Shown: piece after piece, positions 12,190 to 24,739 of the stretch
Layout: each line of letters starts with the position of its first letter
How positions within the stretch are numbered: position 1 is the first letter of the stretch
DNA from: Octopus bimaculoides
Taxonomy: Eukaryota
Assembly: GCF_001194135.2 (NCBI RefSeq)
Contig: NC_068982.1
Span: 16,230,820-16,294,819 of the forward strand
Reading direction: 5' to 3'
Length of the DNA stretch: 64,000 nt
Translations under genes and position numbers: made by a program
Notes under the pieces: model-generated
Database searches by the model: none
The model's input: only the letters and a program-made list of their open reading frames with translations
Told to the model about the DNA's origin: nothing

Positions 12190-12711
12190 AACAATATTTT
12201 TTCAAATTTCAGAAAAGCTACCATCTGAACCTACTAAGTTGAATTTGCTTTCATCACTAAAATGAACTTTTGACCAATTTTCATCCGTCCAGTTCACATG
12301 AGCTTCTGCAAATAAAACTCTTTCCAATTTGTTCTTCTTGCTGATGGTAGGTTTCGTTGCTGGGGAACAAGTCTTTAATCCAATTCCTTCAGACAATGAG
12401 ACACTGTAAAGCAGCTCACTTCCGTACCATTACTTACATTTATTTTCTTAGAAATTCCTGCCACAGTCTCAAAAGGATCCTTCAGTATGTACCATTTCAT
12501 GGCTCAATCATCTTGCATGGTGGTTTTCCGTGGTCTACCAGATACCTTTTTCGGTTCAAAACCTTTAATTTCTTCATAGAGCTTAAGAACGCGTGAAACT
12601 ACACTCTTAGATCTCCTTGTATCCCAAAATAGCCAAGAGAGTCATTCCTGAAACTTTAATCCTGACAATTTCTTTTCGGAAGTCAGGAGTAACTTTAGCA
12701 TGGTGTGTCAT
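12190..12711 (-). pseudogene. Tc1-type transposase fragment (N-terminus to first catalytic Asp)
   Basis: SGRPRKTT, then KPTISKKNKLERVLFAEAHVNWTDENWSKVHFSDESKFNL (canonical WSKVxFSDESKF); stops and frameshifts; broken after the first D. Confidence 0.85.
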
Positions 12712-12984
12712 GTTCGGAAGCTAGCACAATACTGAGACAGTAGTAATGTTGAGCCTGCAAATGTAAATAATGTTTCAAATTTCCAGAAATTTCTGAAGGA
12801 ATCTAATTGTTCTCTTATTTTGCACAGAAGACATTTGGATGAAATTAGCGTTAGTGTTATTAACTTTTATTAAGACCATTGTACAAACTTAAGATCTTTC
12901 AGAGAATTTAGCTAATGGTTAACTGTGTTTACAAAACTAATTACAAATTTGCACATTCACTAGCTTTTCTGATATATTGCCCTT

Positions 12985-13295
12985 CCTAATACCAACCTCC
13001 CAACAGAATGGACTTAATGCTTTTTACGTGGCATCAGCACAAGTGAGGTCAGTTTTAGCATGGATTCTACAACTGGATGCCCTTCAAAATGCCAACCACT
13101 TTACAGTGTGGACTGGATGCTTTTCACATGGCACCAGCATTGGCAGGGTCACTAAGTAACTTGCAAGACAAAGAACCTTTGAGAGGGGAAGAGGCATAGG
13201 AGGAGATGATCTTGTGTCAGATGATGAAAGGTTATAGTGAGACAAAGCGACAGAAACAGGTGTCTTACTGTAGAGGAAGTACATGGTTACCCAGC

Positions 13296-13300
<5 letters not shown>
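12985..13300 (-). mobile_element. Repeat family B variant with pyrimidine-rich 5' part (B2)
   Basis: Minus strand: pyrimidine-rich stretch, CTTGCAAGTTACTTAGTGACC and two copies of the GTGGTTGG..AAGGGCATCC motif. Confidence 0.6.
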
Positions 13301-13350
<50 letters not shown>

Positions 13351-13752
13351 GGGGAGATAAATATATCATTTAGAATACACAATTATACAAGAACAACTTA
13401 TAGTTTCATGCTTCAAGATACATTAAATTAACAGATTTATATAACATGCCATGTACCTCCAAGTAATCTNNNNNNNNNNNNNNNNNNNNNNNNNNNNNNN
13501 NNNNNNNNNNNNNNNNNNNNNNNNNNNNNNNNNNNNNNNNNNNNNNNNNNNNNNNNNNNNNNNNNNNNNNNNNNNNNNNNNNNNNNNNNNNNNNNNNNNN
13601 NNNNNNNNNNNNNNNNNNNNNNNNNNNNNNNNNNNNNNNNNNNNNNNNNNNNNNNNNNNNNNNNNNNNNNNNNNNNNNNNNNNNNNNNNNNNNNNNNNNN
13701 NNNNNNNNNNNNNNNNNNNNNNNNNNNNNNNNNNNNNNNNNNNNNNNNNNNN

Positions 13753-13819
<67 letters not shown>

Positions 13820-14916
13820 GTATGGAGCTTTGCATTTGATGCACAGTATCCAATTTTAGAGGAGGTTTGTGTGCAGATATAGTTTTGCATGCCAATTACA
13901 AAAACCACATTTTAGAGAAATTTATAATACAAAAGTTAATAACCTTTAAATATTGAATTTTTTGTAATTTTAGCCAATCAGGCATATTGATTCACAACAG
14001 CATGTTGCAAAGTGCCATGTTTTTAATTCTTGTTTTGGTTCTGAAACTCAAGTACAAGAAAAACAGAAACATCTCATCTTTGGAGAAATTGATAATAAAG
14101 ACACTACATATAAAAAAGGCTATAGGCTTCACACAAGCATAGAATGGCATTCACTGTGGAATTCAGTCTCAGCGAACAACTTCCTAGAGATTCTATGTTA
14201 TTGTTATTTTAGTCCCTTGCTGTTTCAAGAAGGTATACTGACAAAACTTAGGCTTGGCAAGCATCCAGATACATCCAGAAATGTTTTGTTTATTTATTTC
14301 TATACAGGAACAGAAGCTCCAAATGATTGTGTTCACTGATATAGTGTCTATCACTGAAGAAGAGAAATTTTGCTGAAACACCAGTGTTTATCAGTCCACA
14401 ATTTGTGCTTGTAACAGACAAAATTTCTACGGAGAAATTGCTTGCTGAGTTTAGATTTGTGTGTACACGAATCTATTTCAAATGATGTACATATCTATAT
14501 CTGAGCTCTGCTTTTTCCAGAGTGTATACTTGTGTGTGTGTGTGTATTTATATATGTATGCATACATCCAAATATGTAGAGAAAGAACATATCTCAAATT
14601 TGATCAATGAAAATTCTCCATCACATCTGGCCATCACAACCTACCAAGCAACCTATTTCTCACTCAACAGAGTTCAATTTACCCTAGAAAATTTTTAATT
14701 AACAGACACTATTTAAAGTCAACATGAACTCAAATGCATCACAGTTCAATGGTGGCTTAGCTGGCTGAAACTTCAAAAGTCACTGCCACTACTGCTCTTC
14801 TTAAAGAATGATAATTTTGTACTTTACCAAATGCGTTGAGTAATCCTTTAATTCAATGTAAAATTGCTTTTGTTATAACATAAAAACAAACATTAATAAT
14901 ATATATATATATATAA

Positions 14917-14953
<37 letters not shown>

Positions 14954-15074
14954 NNNNNNNNNNNNNNNNNNNNNNNNNNNNNNNNNNNNNNNNNNNNNNN
15001 NNNNNNNNNNNNNNNNNNNNNNNNNNNNNNNNNNNNNNNNNNNNNNNNNNNNNNNNNNNNNNNNNNNNNNNNNN

Positions 15075-15119
<45 letters not shown>

Positions 15120-15393
15120 TGTCTATGCTGTGTATCTAGAAATTTCACATTGTAGTTGAGGGACATCAACAATCATTCACATTCTCTCTCTCTTATTTGC
15201 GCACGTGCACACAAACACACACACACAGAGGCTTCTGATGGTTTTTATCAACCAAATTTACTTACAAGGCATTGGTTAGCATGGGGTTATTGCAGAAGAC
15301 ACTTGACCTAGATGCATTCTGTTGGGGCTCAACTTAATACCATGTGGCTGCAAAAGCAAACTTCTTTCTTCACTACACAACCATATCAGTGCT

Positions 15394-15424
<31 letters not shown>

Positions 15425-15632
15425 CTTCTACATCTGTCTGACTTGGAACAGACACTATGCTTTCACAAATTGTTTTTGGATGCCTTTGTAATCTTGTGCA
15501 AACATTTGCAAACCTATTGTGGCTAATCCATCATCATTTGCTATTCCCCTTGAGGGCTGAAAAGGTATATCCAATTTATATCAGCTTTGCACATAGACTT
15601 AACAGTTCAGTTGCTTGTCTTCATTATATTAT

Positions 15633-15776
<144 letters not shown>

Positions 15777-16828
15777 GGGTATTATAGCCTATATACCTGA
15801 AGGTAAATGTAAAAAAGATTTGAAAAACATTATCAAAGCAAATGATAGCCACAGATTATATACTTGCCAAATCTGTTTCTCAATAGCTGTGTGCATGTGG
15901 GTGGGGTGAGGGGTAGGTTGGAGGGCTAGGAATCAAAAAGACCATATAAAGAAAAAGAATAAAAACCCACCTAAAACAAGATTGTTGAAATATTCAATGA
16001 GAATGTGAGAGATGTTCTCAACAATTTCTAATTTCTAACAATCAGTTTTCTTTACTTGTATGGTAAAGATTAAAAAAAAAAACCAAGAAAAGTAAATGGC
16101 TGTCGATTAGAAATAATTCCTATTAACAGGAACTCAAGAATGGTATGCAGAAATGTCTTAAGATAAGAACCATTATATAAAAAAAGAAAATGCATTTTAG
16201 CAAGCAGTTATAGTGTGAAGTGGAACAGTCTCTGTGTGTTCATGCACACGTTCATATTTATACGTGTGCATGCACATGTCTACGTGGGTTGGTGTGCAGG
16301 TACCACATATAGATTTACGATACACACACACACACACACATATATGTATATGTACGTGTATTTTATGTATACATCTATGTGTATATGTATGTGTGTATGT
16401 ATACATATATATATATTGACACATACACACACTCACACTCACACACAACTACCAACTAGACGCAAAGAGATCTACTAAGGATTATTTTTAATAAGAAAAT
16501 TGATTTAAAAATACCAAAAAGAGATGTTCATTTAAAAATCAGTAATTTTGCCGGTATTAAAGTTTATTGTAACTGTATTATATGCCAGTTACCTCAACTT
16601 TGATTTATAACTTGACATTCAGTCATGGATTTCATTTCTTATTTTTAAAACACACTTCCACAAAGCAAAATCTATGGCCATGCATAATTTGAAGATCTCT
16701 GAAATTGTATGATTAGTCAGATTGATGTTTAGGCTATTCTGATAGAAGAGATTAAATAGCAAATAGATAATCAGTCAAGCTATTGTTCAAATGGCATTGA
16801 AACATGTTCCTGCAGTTTCTTTGCTTTT

Positions 16829-16861
<33 letters not shown>

Positions 16862-17099
16862 GACATAATGTATCTAGGACTATTTTATTCCATGTGTCTT
16901 TCCAGTTTTTTCTAAACCAAAACTCAGTCTTTTAATGATTTAGCAGAAAATATCCTAAAGTGGATTTATTTACTCAAATGCTTATAGTTTCTTTACTTGT
17001 GGTCATATTATTGACAAAACAGTTTGGCTGAAAAATCATTTTTTTTTTTTTTAATGTAAGTAGTCATTTGTGCCACCCCACCTCAACTGAGCAACCAAA

Positions 17100-17810
17100 T
17101 TATCTCTCCTCTTCTACCCCAAACATTTTTCACTCTCTTCATGCATTATGCATGCCTCTCTCTTCCCACACGACATTCCTGCAACCTATGCAGCTACATG
17201 TCATCTCTTTCTCATGATTTTCTTTTTTCTATTCTATCATCATTATTATTCTGCAGTTCCATCCAAGTTTTCCTGTGCTGTCAGTCATCTCTTATTCCCT
17301 TTACTTCCCTAAATTCATGCATTATTGGTCATCACTTGTCCCCTATTCACTATCCAACCCTACCAAATCTTTGCAACCTCCGCACTCCTAAACTTCTGTC
17401 CCCACTCACTTCTACTCACCTAGTACCTTGAGGGCCCACCTGGACACCTCATCACCACTATTTTTTATCTACACCCTCTCCACTTTAATCATCCTCACTG
17501 TCTCTTCTAAAATGAGAGTAGCCATGTAGCCCCACCAAAGTAAGAAACCTGTTCTGCTCAGGCCTCATCTCTCACACTTTAACCCCTTACTTCCTGGTGT
17601 AAAGTCACACCCTTGAGGGCCATGCTCCTGCAATCTTCATAGTGACCTTACTAATGCTGGTGGCACAAAATTGCACCCAGTACATGCTTTTAAGTGGTTG
17701 GCATTAGCCATAGAAACCATACCAAAACAGACAGTGGAGCACAATGAAGCCCTTGGACACATCAGATTCTATCAAACTGTCCAACCCATGCCAACATGGA
17801 ATATAGTATT
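17100..17810 (+). mobile_element. Decayed B2 repeat (pyrimidine-rich body plus B tail)
   Basis: About 500 nt C/T-rich, then AAGTGGTTGGCATTAG and TCAAACTGTCCAACCCATGCCAACATGGAA. Confidence 0.55.
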
Positions 17811-18340
17811 CATTTCCCCAGGCTTTGTACAAACCATTTAACCCTTTCTTCTTTCCTAATGTCATTATCATGAAATTTATTTCCTGTCCATGCATTTCCT
17901 GCAGCTATCAACTTACAACTGTTTAAGAGGAACATTTTATTGGTTTAAGAAGAACTAAGGAGGCTGTGGGTACAGTCACCATCACCACCCTCCTTGCCTT
18001 CAAACCAAGCCAAAATTTTAAAAGTTAGGAAAGGTTAAATAATTCTCTGTTTACAAGGAGACTGGCAGATGCATTTAAGAGGCTGAATGAGATAAGAATA
18101 AAATGAGACATTAAAAGAAATGCAGAATTAACGGAAAACTGGAAAGATAAAAAAACACACACTTGACAAGATTATGCAAAGCATGAAACTGGGAAAACTG
18201 TGCACTCTCAAAAGAGCCACATTACTCTTTCTCTAATGCTTAGGTTTAAAACTTCAGACTGGAGGCCTTCTAACAGCATTGCAACAAACTTTCTATATCA
18301 TCATGTTAACAAATAACCACAGGTGACTTCTTTCACATAC

Positions 18341-18464
18341 CCTTGACTTGCAATTTTCACAGGGAAACATAAAGGTGATTCTTATTTGGTTCTTATTTGT
18401 TGATCACCTTTCTTCTAATATCTTTTACAACGTCTTCTTGTCAGCGATATACACACAAGTTTGC
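18341..18464 (-). other. Candidate upstream exon of the zinc-finger gene, with ATG at 18370 giving MFPCENCKSR in phase 0
   Basis: Acceptor tttaatgttctgagtttccag| and donor AAGG|gtatgt; the 30 nt from ATG to donor join in frame with the 3053 exon. Confidence 0.35.
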
Positions 18465-18519
18465 CTGGAAACTCAGAACATTAAATACTTGAACAAATAT
18501 AGGTTCTAATGTAGTCGCA

Positions 18520-18700
18520 TTGGCGGAAGGGGTTTAGTAAGTAAAATCAACTCGATTGATTGACAAGTACTTTATTTTATGACCCTGGAAGGGTGAAAGG
18601 AAAATTTGAACCTTTTCAGGATTTGAATTCGAAACACAAGGAGCCAGAACAAATAAACTTCAAGGTATTTTGACCAATGCTCATATGATTTGCCAAGAGG
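18520..18700 (-). mobile_element. SINE family C, decayed
   Basis: Homologous to 34985-35190 and 43826-43985 (AGTACTTTATTTT..GACCC..AAAGG..GAATTCGAA). Confidence 0.6.
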
Positions 18701-19079
18701 TTAGCCCACCAAAAATTACTGGAAAAATGTCATAAAAAGATCATAAATAATTCATTGATTATAAAGTCTTAACAAAAATCAAATACATCAACAGGTAAAA
18801 CAACAATAAGAATGAGCCAACAAGGGAGGCTCAGTGTAATTGCTTGCCCACCTAAGAATAGCAACCATATCTCCTATGAATCATACACACTACCTTGGAA
18901 ATATATAAAAGATAAAAAAAAAAATAGGATACATTGAATGTTGTTCTAGATATGTTATGGCTGAGTATGAATAAATTTTGGGATTATCATACCAGGAAAA
19001 CCCTTAATCATAGAACTGATTAATAACCCTATAATCCATCTTCAAAGATGACTTAATATTCCTTACACTTTTGTATAGC

Positions 19080-20340
19080 ATGGACCCCATTTACAAACAT
19101 CCTGAATTAAGCAGCCATAGAGTTCAGGCGCTACAGACAAACTATGAACCTTCTCTGTATGGATAATTTGAAGATATTTACAAGAGATAACACTAAGCTG
19201 GAAAGCCTGCTAACACTGTTAAAATTAAGTCATGACATAAAAATGAGTGTGGGATTAGATAAATGTGCCAAAGATAGTTTAAGAACCAGGAAAATTAAAT
19301 AAAATATAGACACCAAAATCAGAGAATTAGACAAGAACCAAGCAGAGAAATACCAAGGAATAGGTGAAACCAATAAAATTCAATACATACATAAAGCAAG
19401 ACTATTATAAAAGTGTCAGACTAATATTTAAAACTGAATTCAATGCTAGAAATAAGATAGTAGGTATAAATATGCTTGTCATTCCAGTTATAAGTTATAA
19501 TCTCGATCATCATAAAAAAAATAAAAAATTGAAAGTGAATTGAATTGAATAGCATAGAGAGAAAACCTAGGAAATGACTGACAGTATTACCAAAGTCACT
19601 CTCTCAAACCTGATATAGATAGAATATACCTACCTCATACAAAAGCCGGGGAAGAGAAATGAAATAACTAAAATATAACAATGGTAGGATTGGAAAAATA
19701 TTTAGAAGTAAGTAAAGGGAAGCTTTTAAGAGTAATAAGGAAACATGAAAAAAAAAAAAAAAAATTCTTTCCTGTATGTAAGGAAACACCACTAGAAGTA
19801 CAAACTGAAAATCAATTATACTGAAATAACAGATTTAGGCATGGACAGACTAAATAAAAAGGTTTTTAAAAAATTTCAAAATTGAAATAGTTTTCCAAAA
19901 TATATTGAAGAAAAAAATTAAAGAAGAAAAGGAAATCATGCCATGGCTAATATCCACAAGACTTGCTTAAGACGTATGACAGAATGGAGGCCAACAATAG
20001 CTTAAAGCTCAGAACTTAAACTAGAAACAGGTCTGATATTAGCAGCACAAGACCAATATCTAACCACAAACAACAAATAAAATAGTAAAAGATTATACTA
20101 CCAACAAGAGCAGACAATGCAACCAGTAAATATTACCTCTGATTTCTTTTGTTTTGTTTTGTTTTTGTCCAGTTTGAATTATGTGTACAGATACGGCAGT
20201 GTTGGCAGCTTTGTCTACTGGGCAATATGTCTTCACCTCAGTGTGAGAACAGAAATGGCATGAACATGGACCAAACATGGTACAGAGTTACAACCTAGCC
20301 TTCACCATTAGAGACTGATAGGGAGATAAAAGAATGCAAT
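19080..20340 (+). mobile_element. Decayed R4/Dong-like LINE RT region
   Basis: LCMDNLKIF (YMDD-like, 19153), GLDKCAK (19252), ELNA.NKI-like, DRIYLP, AAQDQ (20042) and KWHEH..ETDREIK; many stops. Confidence 0.75.
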
Positions 20341-20485
20341 GAAAATACATGCACAGGGATAGATATTGTGACACCTCAAAGAATTTTTACCAAAAGGACC
20401 TGGAGAAACTGTCACAGTGCAAGGATTGTGAAATTGAAATAAACAGGGTGTAGAGCATGAAAGTAAAAACTTTCTAATACTCTTA

Positions 20486-20690
20486 CTCTTTTACTTGTTT
20501 CAGTCATTTGACTGTGGCCATGCTGGAGCACCGCCTTTAGTCGAGCACATCGACCCCAGGACTTATTCTTTGTAAGCCAAGTACTTATTCTATCGGTCTC
20601 TTTGCCGAACCGATAAGTTACGGGGACGAAAACATACCAGCATCGGTTGTCAAGCGATGTTCGGGGGACAGGACAAACACAGACACACAA

Positions 20691-20747
<57 letters not shown>

Positions 20748-20842
20748 CGACAGGCTTCTTTTAGTTTCCGTCTACCAAATCCACTCACAAGGCTTTGGTC
20801 GGCCCGAGGCTATAGTAGAAGACACTTGCCCAAGGTGCCACA
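20486..20842 (-). mobile_element. SINE family A (core, internal CA/TA microsatellite, tail; head truncated), young-looking
   Basis: Tail GGCGGTGCTCCAGCATGGCCACAGTCAAATGACTGAAACAAGTAAAAGAG on minus strand; core CACCTTGGGCAAGTGTCTTC; CpGs retained. Confidence 0.85.
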
Positions 20843-21329
20843 CCATGGTTCACAACATCACACAATGTCGAAAAAAAATAGCTCAACCAAGTATAGCCCA
20901 CGACTTACACCAGAACAATTTCAATTCAATAGTACAACTCCAGTAGAACAATCTTCATACACAATAACCACCCAATAAGGTAACAAAACTCGAAAACCAA
21001 ATACTGCACATGATCAGCACCTAACACACTTCATAACTGATTGTTAACACTATAATACCTACGACTCACACAAATCACAGCTACACCAATAATGGTTTAC
21101 AAATCACACACTACACACTGTATATTATTACACATCATCCAACATTGAAACATATAGCAGCAATTACATAGCATATGTAAAACATTTACCAAACAAAATA
21201 AGAACAACAGTCACTTCTGATACTTCACAAAGCAGAAGAAATACTAAAATAGTACCAGAGTCTACAAACGGAACCCATAGCTATTGGCTGAATTTCCATG
21301 GATTTAAAAACACAATGCTACACACACCT

Positions 21330-21566
21330 CAAGAACACAGAGTGCACCTGGTGGTATAGTAGAAACTTACATGAAACTGTTAAACACAATAGTAACAGGG
21401 ACTTGCAAATATGCACAAAATAGGAGAAAAAATATAGCACAATTAGATACTACATACATATTAAGTAGAGAACTTTCAATGCAACAGAAACAAAACCTAA
21501 ACAAAACACTGCCCTTACACAAAACACAAAGAGCTGTGTTCAGTAATGCAATAATAATAATAATAA
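21330..21566 (+). mobile_element. R4/Dong-like LINE extreme 3' end with (AAT)n tail
   Basis: GLANMHKI..KNIAQLDTTYILSRELSMQ resembles the QKIALLGTAHILRKTLS terminus; short UTR then (AAT)n. Confidence 0.55.
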
Positions 21567-21759
21567 TTCTTTCTTATTTCAGCACAAGGCCAAGAATACT
21601 GAATATTAATAAAAACAGTATATATAACAAAGTTGATAGTCGCATTCAATGGAAATTCAGATAGAATTTTATAAACATTATAATAATATTGTATAAAAAT
21701 AATAATCTCATGATGTGACAATATATAAGTATTGAAGAGAGTGTTGATTCTAACAAAGA

Positions 21760-22060
21760 AATAGGCAGATCACCAGGTTATTATTAACAAAGACCATCTT
21801 TTCTCTTCTGATCGATTATCAATCCCTACCGATATGAATCTAGCCCCAGAGAAGAATAATCCAAATATATAGATATCCAGAATATGAAGACTGGAAACAG
21901 AAAACAATCTTGATAATAACAGGTGGGCCAAGAATAACAAAAGAGACACAGGTAGGTAAAATGTAGCTAATATTTCAGAAATTGCAAATATACTCAACAT
22001 GCGAAAAATACCATTATCAGGGCAGAGAACAAATATTACATATGGAGAATACAATGAAAA
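21760..22060 (+). mobile_element. R4/Dong-like REL endonuclease fragment, possibly the continuation of 19080-20340
   Basis: LIDLSIPTDMNLAPEKNNPKYIDI resembles LIDVSIPxDxN..KE.EK..KYKDL. Confidence 0.5.
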
Positions 22061-22409
22061 TAGAGATACACACACACACACACACACACAAAAGTGTAAA
22101 CATGAACTGAAAAAGAAGGAAAATGAATGACAGAATGATTATGATCAATGTCTAGTAGAGAATGATGAAAACAGTGCCACAGACTGTTTCCAGAGAATTC
22201 ACCATCAGTTAACAGCACATAACTCAACAGCATTACCATAAAGATTTCTGACTTTGGGCACTTGGCTACATGATCTTTACATCATTTTTTTTTTTTTCTC
22301 AGTGAATGAGGATGTGTAGTCATCTCACTTGAGCTCTATACTTCATTGGCATTTTGTTTTATCAACCACAGGAAGAAGAACTTTGAGTATGAATCCTGTT
22401 GTCATCATC

Positions 22410-23220
22410 AATAACAATTGTCCTAATATAGTGACAAAGCCAACAATTTTGAAAGGTGGGGCATAGTCAGTACCATGAGCCTCAATACTTAGCTGGAACT
22501 TCATTTTATTGACCATAGAGGGTTAAAAGGCAGAGCTGACCTTGACAGGATTGGAACTCAAAACATAAAGTGCTGAAATAAATGTCATAAAATACATTTC
22601 TTGTAATGATCTAATAGTTCTGCCAATCCACTGCCTTGATCATTAATAATAACAATGGATTTTAATTGAAACACAAAGATAGTGATTTGGGTGGAAGGGA
22701 AATAGTTGATTGCATCAGCTCCCTCCAGTACTTGACTGGTACTTTATTTAATCAACCCCAAGAGAATAAAAGGCAAGAGTGACCAAGCCAGAACAATTAC
22801 CACAAGGCATTCATTCTGATGTAACGATTGCTAATCCACTGCCCTTTATTTTAATAAAAACTCAAGACCAGAAATTTGGTGGAAGGGAGGAATCAATTGA
22901 ATTGACCCCAGTACAATCTTGGAAGGAAGAAAAGCAATGTTGACCTTGAAAGAATTTGAACACAGAACATAAAGTGCTGCAACAAATATTACCAGACTTT
23001 GTCCAAAGCTCTATAATAATTATTTCCGGTTTAAGTAAAAGGCCAATGATTTTAAGGGGAGCAGTTTAGTTGATACTATCAACCTCAGTACTTGAGTGAT
23101 ACTTAATTTTATTACTTTCAGAGTAATAAAAGCAAGACTGACCTTGGCAGAACATAAAGAACCAGAACAAATATTGCAAGACCTTTTATCTGACACTCTA
23201 AGGATTCTGCTAAACCATTT
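22410..23220 (-). mobile_element. Four head-to-tail decayed SINE-C copies
   Basis: Repeating units of about 200 bp, each with CAGTAC..., AAGGCA.AG.TGACC and CAGAACATAAAG, separated by AAT-rich tails. Confidence 0.65.
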
Positions 23221-23342
23221 CTAACACATGAATAAAGCCAAAGCACTTTTTTTTCTATATTTGGTGGAAGAGAAGATTTTTCAGCAGTCAGTGGTGCTAC
23301 CAAGGAAGAGTATAAACATGGGCAACAGTAAAGAGTCTGTAT

Positions 23343-23389
23343 TAACCCTAACCCTAACCCTAACCCTAACCCTAACCCTAACCCTAACC
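23343..23389 (-). repeat. Interstitial telomere-type repeat (TTAGGG) x about 7.8
   Basis: Seven perfect TAACCC units plus TAACC. Confidence 0.95.
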
Positions 23390-23812
23390 TTCAATGCCTC
23401 AAATGTGTCTCATCAGTATTGATTTCTAACTAAGACACAGGAATCTGCTCAAACATGTATGTGTGTATGCACGAATTAATGTATGTATGTATGTATGTAT
23501 GTATGTATGCATATACAAATGCGAAAACATTTCATATTCATAAGCATTTTTAAACATGCTTCTAAATTACTGATAACACATATTTTTTTTATCGTGCCTT
23601 AAATGACAATCCATTTTATTGACCTAATGTCTTCTCATTAATATGCACAATTTCATATATTTTTTAAAAGATCAATTTATTGTTCAATCTCTTCTAATCA
23701 TCACCCAGCAATACTTTTCTGTTTGGAAAAGTTTGAAAACAGAATTAAATTAATCAATGTAAATCTTCGAAATATCAAACATGATGAAGAAACAATTCTG
23801 TAAACCTACTTT

Positions 23813-23849
<37 letters not shown>

Positions 23850-24739
23850 CAATTTAACAAAAATTTCAAAGTTGTCTAAGCAACTTGATAAAAAGAATTT
23901 TTTTTTTTAATAAAACAAAATGAGTTGAACACCAGCATATTAAGAATATTATTCGAAATACCCTGTACTTACTTTCAACGGAACCGAACAAAGTAAATCA
24001 ACAGTATTGACAAAAACTGCATCTTTCTTTCTCTCTCCAATTATTTACATTACCAAATTGAAATTTTAAAAGTTATATATGTAATTTCCATTGTGATGCT
24101 GTATAACTGAATTGTAGAGTTTGGTGAACGGTAACACAATAAATGCACTTTCTGAATCAGTAGACAAGGTCATATAGTTACTGAGGTCATTGAAACACAG
24201 TTTTAAAATCTGAATATTATATATATTTGTATGCAATTCCACAACCACTTCTCAAGGTGTTAGGCGATTCATTAGCTTAACTCTCATACACTGCAGTGAA
24301 ATTTATCGTAATAGTTCTCATTCAAAAAGAATGACAAGGAACATCTTAAAATATAGAGAACATGTGTGAATCAGACAAAAGAAAATGAGATAAAAATATA
24401 TAATCATAATTCAAAAGAGTTTATATGTATAATGCAGAAGAAATTAATTCAGTATGAATATTCTTCCTCTACACACTCTCTGTCCTGTGAGTACACCATT
24501 ATTTAAACATATACATTTGCATGCATATATACATGTATATGTTACATATACACATATACATGTATATATATATATATATATATGCATATATGTGTGTGTG
24601 TATACACACACATGCACGTGCAAACACAAGTATGTGGATAAACAAGTAGAGACATTTGAATCATCCTATCACCTCTCAAAATTCTTTACATGTAAAATTA
24701 AAGTCAAATGTTAAATTTAGAGAACATTGCTATTGGCTT

